Assembly: GCA_964019425.1 (NCBI GenBank)
Contig: OZ025781.1
Coordinates: 372,001 to 436,000, forward strand
Reading direction: 5' to 3'
DNA length: 64,000 nt
Source of the DNA: Flectonema sp. DT1601
Taxonomy: Eukaryota
The translations under genes and the position numbers were made by a program. Shown in pieces: positions 28,606-42,108 of this stretch; position 1 is the first letter of the stretch, and each line of letters begins with the position of its first letter. The notes beneath the pieces are model-generated. The model worked only from the letters and a program-made list of their open reading frames with translations. It searched no databases and was not told the origin of the DNA.

Positions 28606-30387
28606 ACTGACTGATACTCATTACTGTTGTTGTTGTTAGTTAGTATTAATTATTATCAGTCAATCAAAAAAAAAAGCAAAATTTTCGTAGGACAACAGCT
28701 GCTACTCATCACTGTTGTTGTTGTTGTTGTTGTTGTTGTTAGTATCATTAATTTTAGAATCAGAAAAGTGAGAATAAGAAAAGTAGAGATTAGTAAAAGA
28801 AAAAGTATTCATTTCCACAGTTTCCTAACATCAAAAGGGTAATAGAATATGTAGTTTCAGGAGACTTAATCTTATACTACTTGTTCCTTTTTAGGCCTTC
28901 ATCAGTAAGTTCTAAGGGACTTCATTCTATGTTGAAGTTGCAATTACAATTAGCAAAATACAAACTGATGACTACGAGGGTCCTGCTACTCATTACCGGT
29001 GTTGTTGTTGTTGTTGTTGTGAAAAGTAGTTGTGTAAGAAGAAAAAACATAAATGAATCAACAACCGAAGTACCAGGTGGTCAGTGTCATTATAAATTGG
29101 TAATCCTGCTATTGTAAGAAAAAAAAAATTAACATTTTACAAAAACAACAGAGCTTTTTTTTTTTTTTTTTTTTTAAATCAGACCGCAGTGCCGGTCGTG
29201 AGTGCTGCTCACTAATGCTAGTTGCTGGTGGTGACTTCGTTCAAGCTCTTTTTTTTCTCTCCTTTTTTTTTTTTTTTTTTTTCATCATCATTCCCTTAAT
29301 TAAAAGCACTAAAGCAATCGGGTTATATTTTTTATTTTTTTATTTTTTTTCAGCCATTAGAAACAACATCAGTAGAATCGTGGTTTCAGGAAAGAAGCAA
29401 GTTTTTTTTATTTTCTTAAATTTTCTTAAATTTTATTTATTTTTTTTAGATTTTCTTCTTCTTCTTTTTTTTTTTTTTTTCTTAACGACTAAGCAGGGAA
29501 AAAAGAACACGAATATAAATAAAAAAATAAAGAGCAATATATTAAAAGGGACCTATTTAAAGAAAGAAAATGGAACACTTGTGAAGGGGGGAAGGTTGCC
29601 AAAGAAGATAAGTTTGCAAAAAAAGGGGGAAAAAATTAAAAAAAAAAAAAAAGTCGAAAAATAATAAGCAAATAAAGCAATTACAACTGCTGAACAAATG
29701 AGAAAATTCTCTTTCGCCTGTTTTTTTTTTTTTTTTTTTTTGTCTTTTTTCCTGACTGTTTTAAAAAAAAGTACTCATTTGTGTCATTGAAATGTTTTAT
29801 ATTTTTTCTTAACCACATGTCACATGCATGTTTTTGTTTTTTTGTATCTATTGGCCTGTGCATTGACCTTCTTACAAAGTAATGCTGAGGTCGGAAAGTA
29901 CCCACGGATGGTCTACCCGTTTAGAAAGAAATTTCCGAGAGAGAACGTGCAGGTCAGACATGTAGAACACATAACAACGTAACACAAACTACAATTGGTG
30001 CTGCCAACCCTCAGATTAAGAGGTTGTTTGGTAAGTGAAGTTCCATTAGTAGGCTAGACTTTTGACAGTGAGATCCGATAACAACAACAAAAAAAAAAAA
30101 AAAAAAAAAGGGTAAAGCAAACAATATCAACCCAAAACACCCCTATTTTTCGCAAAAAGAAAAAAAATTAATTCATTTCTATATCAAAAAACTAAACTGG
30201 GGGGAGGACCATGAGATACTACACCAAAGCCAATAAAAGTGGTTCATAAAAGGCTAGACAAAGACGAGAGATACAACACATTTATTTGACTTACAATGTA
30301 GTGATTACTTCTTGAATATGAATTCTGATTTCCTCTTTAAGACATTACTAACACCGTCAGAATAACCAACACCTCGAGTACCACAAT

Positions 30388-33300
30388 CTAACTTAGACTA
30401 AAGCTTTCCGATCCCTCAACAATTGCTTGGCGTAGCTGTTAAAGTTTTATTTTTGTATTTATCAGCACAGTAAGATACAATTAAAGAAGAAGAAAAAAAA
30501 AACAATACCTTAGAAGCAAGAATTTCCATTGATGAATACGTTGGTAATTTCAAATAACGAAAACACGTATTACATGATGGAAGATGTTTTTCAGAATCAC
30601 CATCAGCAGCATCTGTTTTCTTGACTACCGTTATTTTACCCAACGCTGTGAGTCCTCCAATTGGCAATCTCGGACATCCAGTCGCCCAATTTAAGAATGA
30701 TCGTTGTTCTGACGGTGTGAAATCATTAGCTAAAATATTTATCAAATCTTTAATACATTTCGACTCTGAAGAGTATCCATGATCAGCCACGATGGTGGCA
30801 TTTAAATCTGACTCAGTCCAGAGAGGATCAGAAATATTAACATCACCAATAAGAAGACTCACCAGTTCTTGTTCTGAGAACACAGTTAGAGCTCGTAGTG
30901 GAAGTGTTTCTTCAAACCCAGCAACGAAATTAGAAAGTCTACTCTTTATAGCACTGAATGTTATGTATTGACAAGATAGAAACACAAACTCACGGACATT
31001 GTAAGCCGTGACCGGAATATTTTCACCTCCAGGTTTCAAGGGTAATTCTGTTCCAGGAAGGACAAAAAAGTAAAACGCATCTTCCGACGAAACATCTGGT
31101 GATAAGTGAGCTTCCTCAGCAAGACGTTTGCTTTCTTCAGGAGAAGAGGCATCGTAGCGAGTAGAGAAGTCGACGAAAAATTTAAGAGATTTTCCCAAAG
31201 TAGGATCGATCTCAATTATATCATCGATTGTTACCCAAGAAGAGTTAGATGGTCGATTCCAATGTCGAAGAACTCTCAAGAATTGTTTAGAGAGAGGGAG
31301 GTCAAGTAGCCTTCCATCAGACAATGCTCTGGCTGTAAGTCTTCCTAACATTTGAAATAATGCCTCGTCTCGATCAGAAGATTCTTCTCTGTCAGGACTT
31401 GGGAAGCATCCTGCTGCGGGTATGATGGCCTGACCTCCCTCTGTTACTGTTCTCCAGAGGGTTGATAATGATTTCTCTTTTTGATATTCCCTACTGAGAG
31501 TTGTAAAGAATTCTAAAGTAGGTCCTAAACCAGTTCCCTCCTCACCTTCGTATTGCACTTCAAGAAGAGATTTTCTCCAAGAGGTTGCAGCCAGGAGTGT
31601 GTTTGCTGATTCTTCCAACTTGCTTCTGTTAACAGGAAGCTTTGGAAGACCATATGTAGGAAGTACTTCGGGTTGAATAACGTCAGCATGTGGGATACGA
31701 CTTCGAGTCTTAACAAATTGATACAACGAACGAGTCGCACCAACGTAAACGAAATTCAAAAATTCTTTCCTCGCAGCAATCGGAAACAAAAATGGACAAC
31801 TTGTCGCTAACGATTCACACCAAGGCGGTAGTCCATTATGACCAAACATTGCTATTCCTATGCTATTTGTTAATAATGTTTGCATTAACTTTGCTGTGAT
31901 GTGTGGATTATTGAACACCTTATCAGGTATTTTAGCAGAGCCGCTACTACTTTCATTTATAAGATGAACAACAGACAATAATTGTAACATCGATTGTAAT
32001 TGGGAGTCTTCAACATTAGAGATGCCACTTTGAATTATCTTGTCGAGGGAGCTGCATAGGACTTCGTCTTTGTTGGTGTATTGTCCAGGAGGGCTGGGAA
32101 TGTCTCCCTTGACTCCTGATGTTTCTTGTTTCCAATTAATATGAATTGGAGTGCTCCATATGTCTACACTACCTCCGCTTAGTTTCAATAGTTTTGAGTC
32201 GATTTGTTGTAATTTTGATCGCAATTCATTCAGTTCAGTTTTTGAATCAGATTTTTTCCGAGACTGAGCCTCCACCTTTGCTATCCGAGCAGTCAACAAT
32301 TGATGTTTCTTTTGTAGTTTATCAAGTGACTCCGACTGAGAACTCTTCGATGATGATGTCGAGTGTAGTAAAGAATCAATCTGAGTAAGAGCTTCAGGAT
32401 GATAACGAGAAAAGTAAAGACGAGCAACATCAAACATTGTAGCAGTTCTTTGAAGAGGACTACCATCCATTGAAAGTGTGTAAGTGTGAGGAGGTACTAG
32501 AGCAGATGATGGTGATGAAGGAGGTTTTCGATGATCATCATAAAGAGATACCTGACTGCCATCAACAATAACAACTTCTTGACCTTCAGCTGATGCTCCT
32601 GACTCTTCGTCGTCATCTTCTTCTAAAGTGATTTCAGCAGCTTCGTCATCCATCTTTTTAAGAACTTCCTGAAGTAGATGACTGTCGTCTCCACTGTTTG
32701 CTAAACCTTCCAACATAAACCTCGCTGTTGATCCTGTTAGTACTCTCATTCCATTTGAAGATGGTATCTCACCAGTTGTCGTTACGACAGTTAAATATCT
32801 TTCTAAACATCCAACCACAGCAAACGGATCAACTGTAATCACTCTCGATGATGAAGAAGAAGATTCTCCACTCGATGACGATGATGACTTCTCTTCTTTT
32901 AATGGATTCGGAGTAAACACAACTTGAATACCTCTCCTTCCTAATCCTTTAAGAAATTCACCTGTATGCATTGGTTTCTTTCCTGATCCTCCTGAAGCTG
33001 TTGGTGGTGCTGTAGAACGAGCTTTCTTTTTAATGTGTTCCTTACTAACTTTAGCAGCATCAGTAATACTGTATGACATCGGAAATGTCTCGAGTGCCAC
33101 TATTGACTGCGCAAGTAGGTCGGTCAGCGCACGAGCCCCAGACGGAGAAGCCTGAAGAGCTTTCATAAGAAGGAGATATCTAATGTGGCGACCTTCAGTA
33201 TTTGGAAGTGAGATCCAAGTAAGGATTTGTTGAGTGATTCCAGATGACTGTAAATCCGTGTGTGATAATTCAGAGACATGTTGGGCAAGACAATCCAATA

Positions 33301-35398
33301 TCTTAGAAATAACACCGTCTCCTTCTACTGAAAGTTTATTAGCGAGTGAAGTCAATTCACGAGATTCCTCAGTCTGTTTCGCTGATTTCTTATCCTTCTG
33401 CCCTCCAGTTGATCCGAATACCGACGCTGTCACCCTCTTTTGTAAGTTCGCTGGTATACTTTTTCCTTGTGATGTGACACTTGCTATCGCTTCTGCCATC
33501 CCTCCTTTCCGCAGTTGTAAACTTAATGATAGTCCACATACAGCTGATAAGAGATCAACTGTAAGTAAAGCATGGTCTAATAGACTGTGCTCTGAAAGAC
33601 CTTTTCCAATTAGAGTTGGAATGTTTGATGAAAGCATTGATGATATAACGTGAACGTCATTAGTGAATCGTTGCCATGCCGGATTTGAAGTTGGAAAGTT
33701 TCGAAGACTGGCGACCACACAGTGGGATAGCCTGGCAAGTGTTTCGGTTGCCCATTCTCGTTTTCCCGGATCTCCGCATTGAACCGCATATTGGCTGAGT
33801 GGAGCTGCGACTTTTGAAAAAAATTCAACAGCCAGATTAGGACCATCCGCCGTTGCTGAATAACAACTAGAAGGTGGAATGAAGACTCTATGAATAATTG
33901 GATTCTCTTTAGCAACATCAGCTTTTTTAGAGCTTCCAGCAGATCCTTTTCTCGTTCCAGGTGGGGAGCTGCCGTGTCCACTAGACGCAGATTTTAACTT
34001 TTCTTTTTCCTTATCATCTCTCTCTCTTCTGTGGTATGCTGTCGGAAGTGCGTATCTTTTGACATTTCTAGCAACACCGGTACTTGGATTTATTTGTTTC
34101 ATAACATTAAAATCAATTGTGTAACTTGTACCACGAGCAGCGACAGATAGTTGAGTGACACCTGATTGAAATGTCTTTTCGAGATGGACTTGAGTGTTTG
34201 ATTCGTATGGGTTGAGAGAATGGAAATCGTCTTCCCATTCCCACTGATGATCTCTCTTAACCGGAAGTAAATCAATTACTACTAATGATTGAGGGAGTTG
34301 AGGAGTCATCGAATATAATAAATATAATGCGTCACTTCGTAAATCATGAGAAGCCTTTGTGTGACCAGCTCCCGACTGACGTTCTTGCTCTTGCTGAGTA
34401 CCAAACGGATCTTTCAACATGGAAGCGAAATCTTGATGTTCAGGAATAATTAGGTCGACAACTATTTTTAATAAATTGGAACTCCTTATCAAGAGAGGTG
34501 CTACGGCAGAGTAATTCGCCGAGCAGAGAACTGCGAGAGTTTTCAACAACTGAGACTGCTGACCTCCGTCAGACTGCGATGTTGCTGCTTGCAACAGTTT
34601 TATAAAAGAATCAATAAATCCTTGTTTCTCAATCACAACAACAATATCAGGAACAGTTAAGTAACAACGTTCTACTAAGGTACAGATACAAGCACACAAA
34701 GCGGTTGCCACATCTCTGGCTCCTCCTTGATCAAGATCCTGTACATTCAACGTTTCTATTAAACCTTTCAAAGAGGGGATAATCTCGCTCTTTATCGTTC
34801 CCGCGATCTGTTCTGTGTTGACTGTTGTTGCAGCTTTTGGAGCAGCCTTTTTTTTTGATTTTCCAAACAAGCCTCCAGATGATGAGGAAGAGCCACTACT
34901 TGCACCACCGTCTATGCTGACTTTCAGAATTATATTTTCTAAAACTGTGATTGATGTCGGGTGTAGACGTCTGTCTTGCACATCCATGCTGGCTATTAAA
35001 GCAGGTACAGCACCAGACTGGAGAAGGACACATGTACTGTCATCAACTGATACGTGTTTTAATATTTTAAGTAATTCTTCAATCATTTCTAAGTTAAAAG
35101 ACTTCTTCAACACCTGTATCAAACCTGGTAGGATCCCACTACTAACCAACGCTTCAGATGAGTGTGGAACGTATTCTAATACCAATGCTATACATCTGTA
35201 AACCAAGATCAAAACATCATCATCATCAAAGTTGTTTGTGATATTTAAAAGGACTTGAATCCCAGTCGCCGCATCAAACGCTCTAATAAAGTCCTCCAAT
35301 CCAATACAAATATATGTCCCCAGTTCTTCAAGCACAGGAATCAGTGCAGATTTTTCCGTTGCTGCTGATAGCGCCATAAAATGGATGTGCGGGTCCAT
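30388..35398 (-). CDS. TRIP12/Ufd4/UPL3-like HECT E3 ubiquitin ligase with ARM repeats and WWE domain; 2 exons (35398-30509, 30435-30388)
   Basis: WEWEDD...YTIDFNVMKQIN (WWE), LEVQYEGEEGTGLGPTLEFF, ADHGY, TGCPRLPIGG and LPSCNTCFRYLKLP (catalytic Cys). Intron 30436-30508 restores the canonical HECT end LRQAIVEGSESFSLS*. Start placed at MDPH (35398). Confidence 0.93.
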
Positions 35399-35724
35399 CT
35401 TGTAAAGAAGGACCCCTGCCAGCCTGATTAGGTAAAATAATTGTTTTTTATAAAGAAAGAAAAACATATAATTACAAAAGTCAGAAGGAAAAAAAATGTA
35501 TCAATAATGATAAACATGAGGAAAAAACTCCCTCTTGCAATCATTCTATTCGGTAATAATAATTAAATAGGAAGAGGGGTAATTTGATACTGCATTTCTT
35601 AAAATCAAAAGGAACAACAATTTCTAATCAATGGGAAGGGAAATCGTCCAGAATATTGACAGATACAATACATATATATTTAGAAGCAGTTTTCAACCAG
35701 TACAGATCACACAAGTTGAATTCT

Positions 35725-36165
35725 TTAGTAACTTCTAAGGGGAGTTCGTTTTGGAGAGACTCTCACAGCCTCAGTTATTGGACCAGGACACTTTACAACT
35801 CGCTTCCCCATTCCAGGAGACATCCTAGCCTGGTGAACAGCAGCAGCGTTATAAGAAGGATAATTGGATTTAGTCTGCGAGACAATAGGAATACCACTAC
35901 TATGTTGAGCTGTAGACTGATGTCTTTCAACGTTACTTGTGTAAGCAACAACATAATGAGCAGGTGGATGCCTGTGTTGGATTTGTGAAACCTGAGATTG
36001 TTGGTATTCTGATTTTGGTGTACTTGACAACGCTGCTACTTGCTGTTCAAGATGATGAATTCTTCCTTCAAGACCACTGTTCCCTTGAAATGTTTCTGTT
36101 CGCTCTGCTAACATCGTCTTCTCGGAGATGTATTCCATTCCCTCTGAGGGTCGAATTCGCATCAC
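35725..36165 (-). CDS. Hypothetical small protein (short coiled coil plus low-complexity tail)
   Basis: 146-aa ORF on the cluster strand with natural composition (LEGRIHHLEQQVAAL). No recognisable domain. Confidence 0.5.
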   Translation of the reverse strand: MMRIRPSEGMEYISEKTMLAERTETFQGNSGLEGRIHHLEQQVAALSSTPKSEYQQSQVSQIQHRHPPAHYVVAYTSNVERHQSTAQHSSGIPIVSQTKSNYPSYNAAAVHQARMSPGMGKRVVKCPGPITEAVRVSPKRTPLRSY

Positions 36166-36679
36166 CTCCCCAACTCCTTATATTTTATTAATAAAATCGA
36201 ATTGAAGGAAGATTCTGAAGGGGGAAATTTGCTTCTTTTTTTTTTTTTTTTCCTTACAAAAAACTTGTTATATAATAACTAGGGGGGAACTTTGATACGA
36301 TACGAAAAGATAGGGGGGGGACCTTTGATACGAGTACGGTCATATGCAGCTTTACTAACTTTTTCTTTGATCTCCTGTTCAGAAATAAATGAAAATCTCG
36401 TCATTAAAAGTAAGGAATTTCATCTTACTCACCAAACGAACGTGTAACATGCAGTGGTGAGGGGCGAATGGTGGTACCAATTGTACCACAAAAAAACAAC
36501 TTGGCAGTAAAGGAAACAGTGACCCAATAATGGTTATTGCTCACATAGCCCAGTAACTATTAGCAAACAAGAGTACAAAGGTTATATCATTTAAATATGC
36601 ACCAGGACAACAATACAACTTTATTGTTATCAAGATTGGTCTACTGTGTAATAATTGAAGGACGGTTAATGTGTAATTT

Positions 36680-36863
36680 TCAGAGATCCAATCCAAGTCC
36701 TCCTCCACTCATGCCTTTATGAATCCCGTGATGTAATTTATCTAATTGTCTCAGGTAGCCATGTAGGTTTCGTTCAACTTTGAGAATTCTTTTATCCATC
36801 GACCGCAATCCATTTTTTAACTGACTTGCCACCATTTTAGGCTGCGCACATGCGTCTGATTCC
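36680..36863 (-). CDS. Probable terminal exon of a small spliced gene (ESDACAQPKMVASQLKNG...GLGLDL*)
   Basis: Open frame after a typical aaaaacaaacag acceptor at 36864, with a candidate GT donor at 37113. Upstream exons could not be resolved. Confidence 0.35.
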
Positions 36864-38184
36864 CTGTTTGTTTTTAAGTTTATTGATTACGGTGTGAAGT
36901 CGCTGAGTTAGTAATTAGTATTGATGGTTATCAGTCAAAAGAAGGGGAGAGGGCGGGAAAATTCAATCGAATGCAAATGTTCGTAGGACAACAAACAAAT
37001 AATGGTTGGTTTCGGGCTAAGATTAAAAACAATCTTTCTTCGGACCATTCCCCTTACCCAGCCCTCCTCAGCGAAGAAAGCAAGGGGACACTGCGGTGTC
37101 AGGCTTGTCCTACTCATCGCGTTTGCCCTTCTCAGCCAAGGGAACCACGTCAACATGGTTATTTCTTTTACCATTTAACACAGTCCCCCTATATAAATAT
37201 CAGTGAACGCGGGATACCAACAAAAGTAGTTAAGTAACCAAATCCAGAACTGATGACTGAAGTCTGAGTAACCACACACCAGTAGAGGACTCAATCACAG
37301 AGATCGTGTTTTCATAGTTTTGGCTGGAAGGATCAATTCCCAGCTGTCTACTTTGCCCAGAAAATAACGGGTTTGACAAAAACACGAATAAGAAATGAAA
37401 AATCACAATTAATACCTACGAATAGCAAAAATAATAAATTTAAAAACAGAACATACCCAAAGTCATCGTCGAATCCGGCAGCTGAACTCATATGGTGTGC
37501 TGCAAGTTCCTGTTAAACTACAGAGAAAGAAATTAAAATACTTTCGGATCGATTTCGTTAATTATAAATACCTGCTGGGGACTAAAACCCAGTTTTGCAA
37601 TGATTTTTACTACAACCACAAAAAAAAAAAAAAAAAAAAAAAATTTAAAAATCGAAAAATGCTACAATGTGGCATTATTTTTTCGTTTTTTTTTTTTTTT
37701 TTTTTTCTTCTTGTGCTGTAGAATTTCTAGCTGACTATGAACAAAAGAGAACATGTCAAGTTAATTGGCACACTTTGTTCCTCTTTTAAAAGCCTTAAGT
37801 GATTCCGAAATAAGTTTGTAATAATTTGACATGAATACGAAAAAAAAGAAACAGAACTCTAGGGCATTGGAAGGAAAGGATCACTAACAGCAAATCACAA
37901 GAAGTAACATGCTAATCAGAGCGTTAGTCGACTCAAACAACGTTCTGAAATAACTCAGAATCAACGAAAAGCAACATAAACAAATCTTCCTTTAGAAACT
38001 AACAATCGAGACATACGACTTGGGCCAACAGATCTCCTGAAGGATACAAAGCACCGCTAATGCAACGAACAGTAGTCGTAACCGCCTAGAGACAGCAAGA
38101 ATAATCAAAAGCAGTCAAGGTGGTAAACCTCAATACTAAGTTAGTATCGCATACTTTACTTGTCATTAGAAATTACGTACTCCC

Positions 38185-41100
38185 CTACGGGTACCTCGGC
38201 GCGGTGGTGGCGATGCCGAATCTGTTTTTTTTTGTTTTTTTGTTTTTTGTTTTTTCCTTAGTGAAGTTTATAAAAAAAACAATAAAGTCAAAACTGGGGG
38301 TTCACAAATTTAAAAAAAAAAAAAGAAAACTATAAATATAAATATAAATATAAATATAGAGATAGAGATAACTCAGTGTAGGGAGTGTTCGCTTTTTGAA
38401 TCTCATAACTACCAAAAGAGTGCTGAAAACCAACTACATACTTCCAAAAAACCGTCCCGTAGAAGGTGTGGGTGCTGGGAGGGCCGGTGTAGGCGTTTGT
38501 GATGCGCCGACCCCAAACGGATTTCTGTTTGGATTTTGTTGGTAACACAGATGGCAACAATAGTGTAACTATACATTAGTTCCCCTTACCATTGCACTAT
38601 TCTAAAACGAGGAAGGTCGAAATTCAAATGCTTTTCACTCCCACTCCCTTCACAATATCTCATTATTGATTCCTGGCAAGATGTTCTCCTACCAAAGATT
38701 TGATACAAAAGGATATTCACTGTTGGCAAGCTGCCCCCCTCTTATGAATACTTTTTCGTGGATGCACTCAGTAAATAGTAGTCAACGATAATTCAGTATA
38801 AAATAAAGGATAACAAGAGAAAATACAAACCCCGGTGTCTGAGGAGCCGCACCACCAAATCCTCCCGTGTTAGGAGGGGAGTTGAATTGATTACCGAACG
38901 CTGGCTGAGTAGTATTGGTACCTCCGAATCCGAATGCTCCATTAGCTTGCGAAGGTGCTCCGAGAGGTGCCGAAAGGCCGCTGGCAGGTGCACCACCAAA
39001 AAACCCTCCAGACGATGGCTGGTTCGAACCAAATTGTCCGCCAAGAGTCGACGAAGATGTCATTCCTCCGCCCAACCCCATTTGACCTGCTCCACCCATT
39101 CCTGCTTGACCTGCTCCACCCATTCCTGCTTGACCTGCACCAAAGACATTATTCGATGCATTCGGTGCGGCAAATTGAAACGGCTGACCAGCTTGAGCTT
39201 GCGACTGTCCAAACGGAGCTGGAGGCCCGGCGCCCATCATTCCACCTGAGTTGTTGGTGTTCATGCCACCCATCCCGCCCATTCCATTGTTCATACCCAT
39301 CCCACTGCTCATTCCACTATTCATTCCGCCCATGCCTCCCATTCCACTATTTACACCCATCCCGCTGTTACCTCCTCCTCCAAATGATGTCCCACTGAAA
39401 GGACCACCTGACCCACCAAATGACTGGGCCGTGTTTCCTCCCCCAAACTGAGTTCCCTGAGGGGGTGCTGCATTAAACCCACCTGCACCTGCACCTGCAC
39501 CAATTCCCATCCCGGACTGTTGCGATGAAGAACCAGCACCGAAATTAAATGGCGTCGTCTGCTGTGGAGCCCCGCCCATTGCTGGCTGGTTGAAACCACC
39601 ACCGGGCATACCAGAGGATTGCTGACCAAATGCCATACCTCCACCACCAGCGCCAAATGTCGAACCGATTGCCGAAGATGAACCGCCAAAGTTCATACCA
39701 GCAGCCCCCGCTCCTGCAGCTCCGAAACTGAGCCCAGAAGATGAGGGAGCTCCGGTTGGTGCTCCCGTCGAACTACCATACATGGCTGGCATATTGAATC
39801 CTGAGCCCGAAGCCATTCCCGCACCTCCCATATTAAAACCTGACGATGCCGATGACGAACCGGCATTAAACCCCATCGCGGGTGGTATCGAAGAAGCAGT
39901 CGCGGCACCAAATTGAAATGCAGGTGTGGCACCCGTGCTTCCCATTGAAAATGCAGATCCTGAACCAGCTGGAGCACCTGTTCCCATTGAAAATGCACCT
40001 CCCGTCCCTGTCGGAGCACCAGCACCCATCGAAAATGCACCTCCCGTCCCTGTTGGAGCGCCAGCACCCATTGAGAATGCACCTCCCGTCCCTGTCGGAG
40101 CACCAGCACCCATTGAAAATGCAGCTCCGGTCCCTGTTGGAGCGCCAGCACCCATTGAAAACGCAGCTCCCGCCGCTGGAGCACCAGCACCCATTGAAAA
40201 TGCAGCTCCCGACCCAGCTGGGGCAACAACACCCATTGAAAATGCAGCTCCTGATCCCGCTGGAGCTCCAGCACCCATTGAAAACGCAGATCCCGACACA
40301 GCTGGAGCACCTGCACCCATTGAAAACGCAGATCCTGACCCTGCCGACGATGGGGCCCCAGCACCAAAGCTGAAGGCAGGCGCTGATGACGACGTGGAGG
40401 CAGAAGCAATAGCAGCTCCAAAGGAAAAGGATCCCGAAGAGGCATTGCCCGCACTCGAAAATGCAGAACTGGAAGAAGCTGATGATCCGACGACCGGTGC
40501 AAATGACGAAGATGACGCGTCAAAACTTGCGGGGGCAGCTGCTGCTGCTGATGATGATGCTGAGAAATTGAAACCCCCTGTTGATGCGGACGAGGATGAT
40601 ATCGCAGAAGAACTTCCCGCGCCGGTACCGAACATCGATCCTGATGACACAGCTGAACTACTAACTGCGCTCGCATCAAATGCCAACGCGGGTCCAGCAG
40701 ACGAAGACGAGCAGCTTATGGCACCAAACTGAAACGACCCGCTTGAGGAGCTACTTCCACCGACTGCCGGGAATGAAGAAGATGGTGCGCTATCACTTGA
40801 GCTTCCGTTTAATGAAAATGCTCCCGTACTTGATGATGATGATGCGGCAGCAGAAGAAGAGCTAACACCAAACGTAAAGCCAGAAGAGGAAGATGAGGAA
40901 GAAGGAGTGCTAAACTGAAATGCACTGCCAGCAGTGGTATCAGCGGTTCCACCAACGGCTCCAAGTTGGAATGCGTTTCCTGTCCCAGCGGCGCTGCTGC
41001 TTACTGCAGGAGGTTGCTCAGAAGCAATCGGATCACTAAAAGTAACTGTGGGTTTACTAACAGCTACAGGCTGCGTATTGATCGGTGGCAGTGGTGGTGG

Positions 41101-42108
41101 GACTGGTGCTGGTTTTCCGATTTCATCCTCATCCCCCCCCTTAACGGAGAACCGCCTCCTGAATCGAAACGAAGACGTCTTCCGAGTTAGCGACGAGCTA
41201 CTTCCTGCCGTATCTTTAGTCAGCCTATCTTTTAATGTAGTTGGTTTTGGTCGAGGTGGCACCGCAGTGTTATTGCATGACTTTGATTGGCTTTCCTGCT
41301 GTTGACCTTTGATTCTCTCAATTCGGGCCGCCTTTGGCTTTTTTACGCTTTTCACAGGCGAGTACTGCGCAATCCTATCTGACTTATCTTCCTTTAGCCT
41401 TTTTTGTAGCGCGAGCTCATCCTGTGCATCCAGTGCAGGTTGTGAAGGATTTTTAATACGATTCCTCCTTTCTCGTCGTAAACGTCGCCTCTCGCGACGC
41501 TCCTCGCGTGCCGCTATGTCTGAGTTTGTGCGTTCAAACTCCCCTACAATTTCTTCTACCTTAATAGAAGGTGCAGTATACTTTGGCTTGTATTGAGGCT
41601 GCGAATAAGAGACGTACGAAGAGCCCTTCGGAAATGACACCTCCGACCTTGGTTCTGAGGTGTAGTTCGTGGGATTTTCCCAAAGACGGTGCCAGCCATC
41701 TTTATCATTAACAGGAGTGTCTAACAAGCTATCAATGTCAAAAATACCGGAAGTCGGTTTCGATGTTGGAACTGGTGGTGCTGTTCCAGTTGCCGCCGAA
41801 AACGAACTCAAGCCTGGCCTATTGAAACTGGGCCTTTCATATATTATCTTATCATCATATTTATTTCGACTGTAATTCTGCCTTGGTACATCAATCGGCT
41901 CTGGCTTCCGGTATACATTTCCTTGTTCTCTCTCCAATATTCCTTCCCGACTTTTCTTCTCTACCCTACGTAGCTCTTCTCTGCGGTGGTTTGCAAGTCG
42001 TTTTCTCCGTACTTCATCAGCTTTACTTTCCTTAATATTTTGTAAAAAGCAGTATCCCAACACTCCGCATAACAGCAGTACTACGATTATCTGAAGGTAC
42101 TCAAACAT
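38185..42108 (-). CDS. Transmembrane FG-repeat nucleoporin-like protein; main exon 42108-38831 plus probable small exons 38524-38453 and 38221-38185
   Basis: N-terminal hydrophobic segment (YLQIIVVLLLCGVLGYCF), a basic region, then many FxFG/FG/FSMG repeats. Downstream A-rich acceptors give in-frame GNPFGVGASQ... and FGIATTAPRYP*. The 3' exon structure is uncertain. Confidence 0.75.

Noticed and set aside
29215..29664. 149-aa ORF and similar poly-K/poly-F ORFs elsewhere
   Set aside because: Produced by A/T homopolymer tracts; no protein-like composition.
39693..41596. Overlapping ORFs such as the PIENAP repeats at 39926-40732
   Set aside because: Antisense or alternate-frame shadows of the GC-rich FG-repeat gene.
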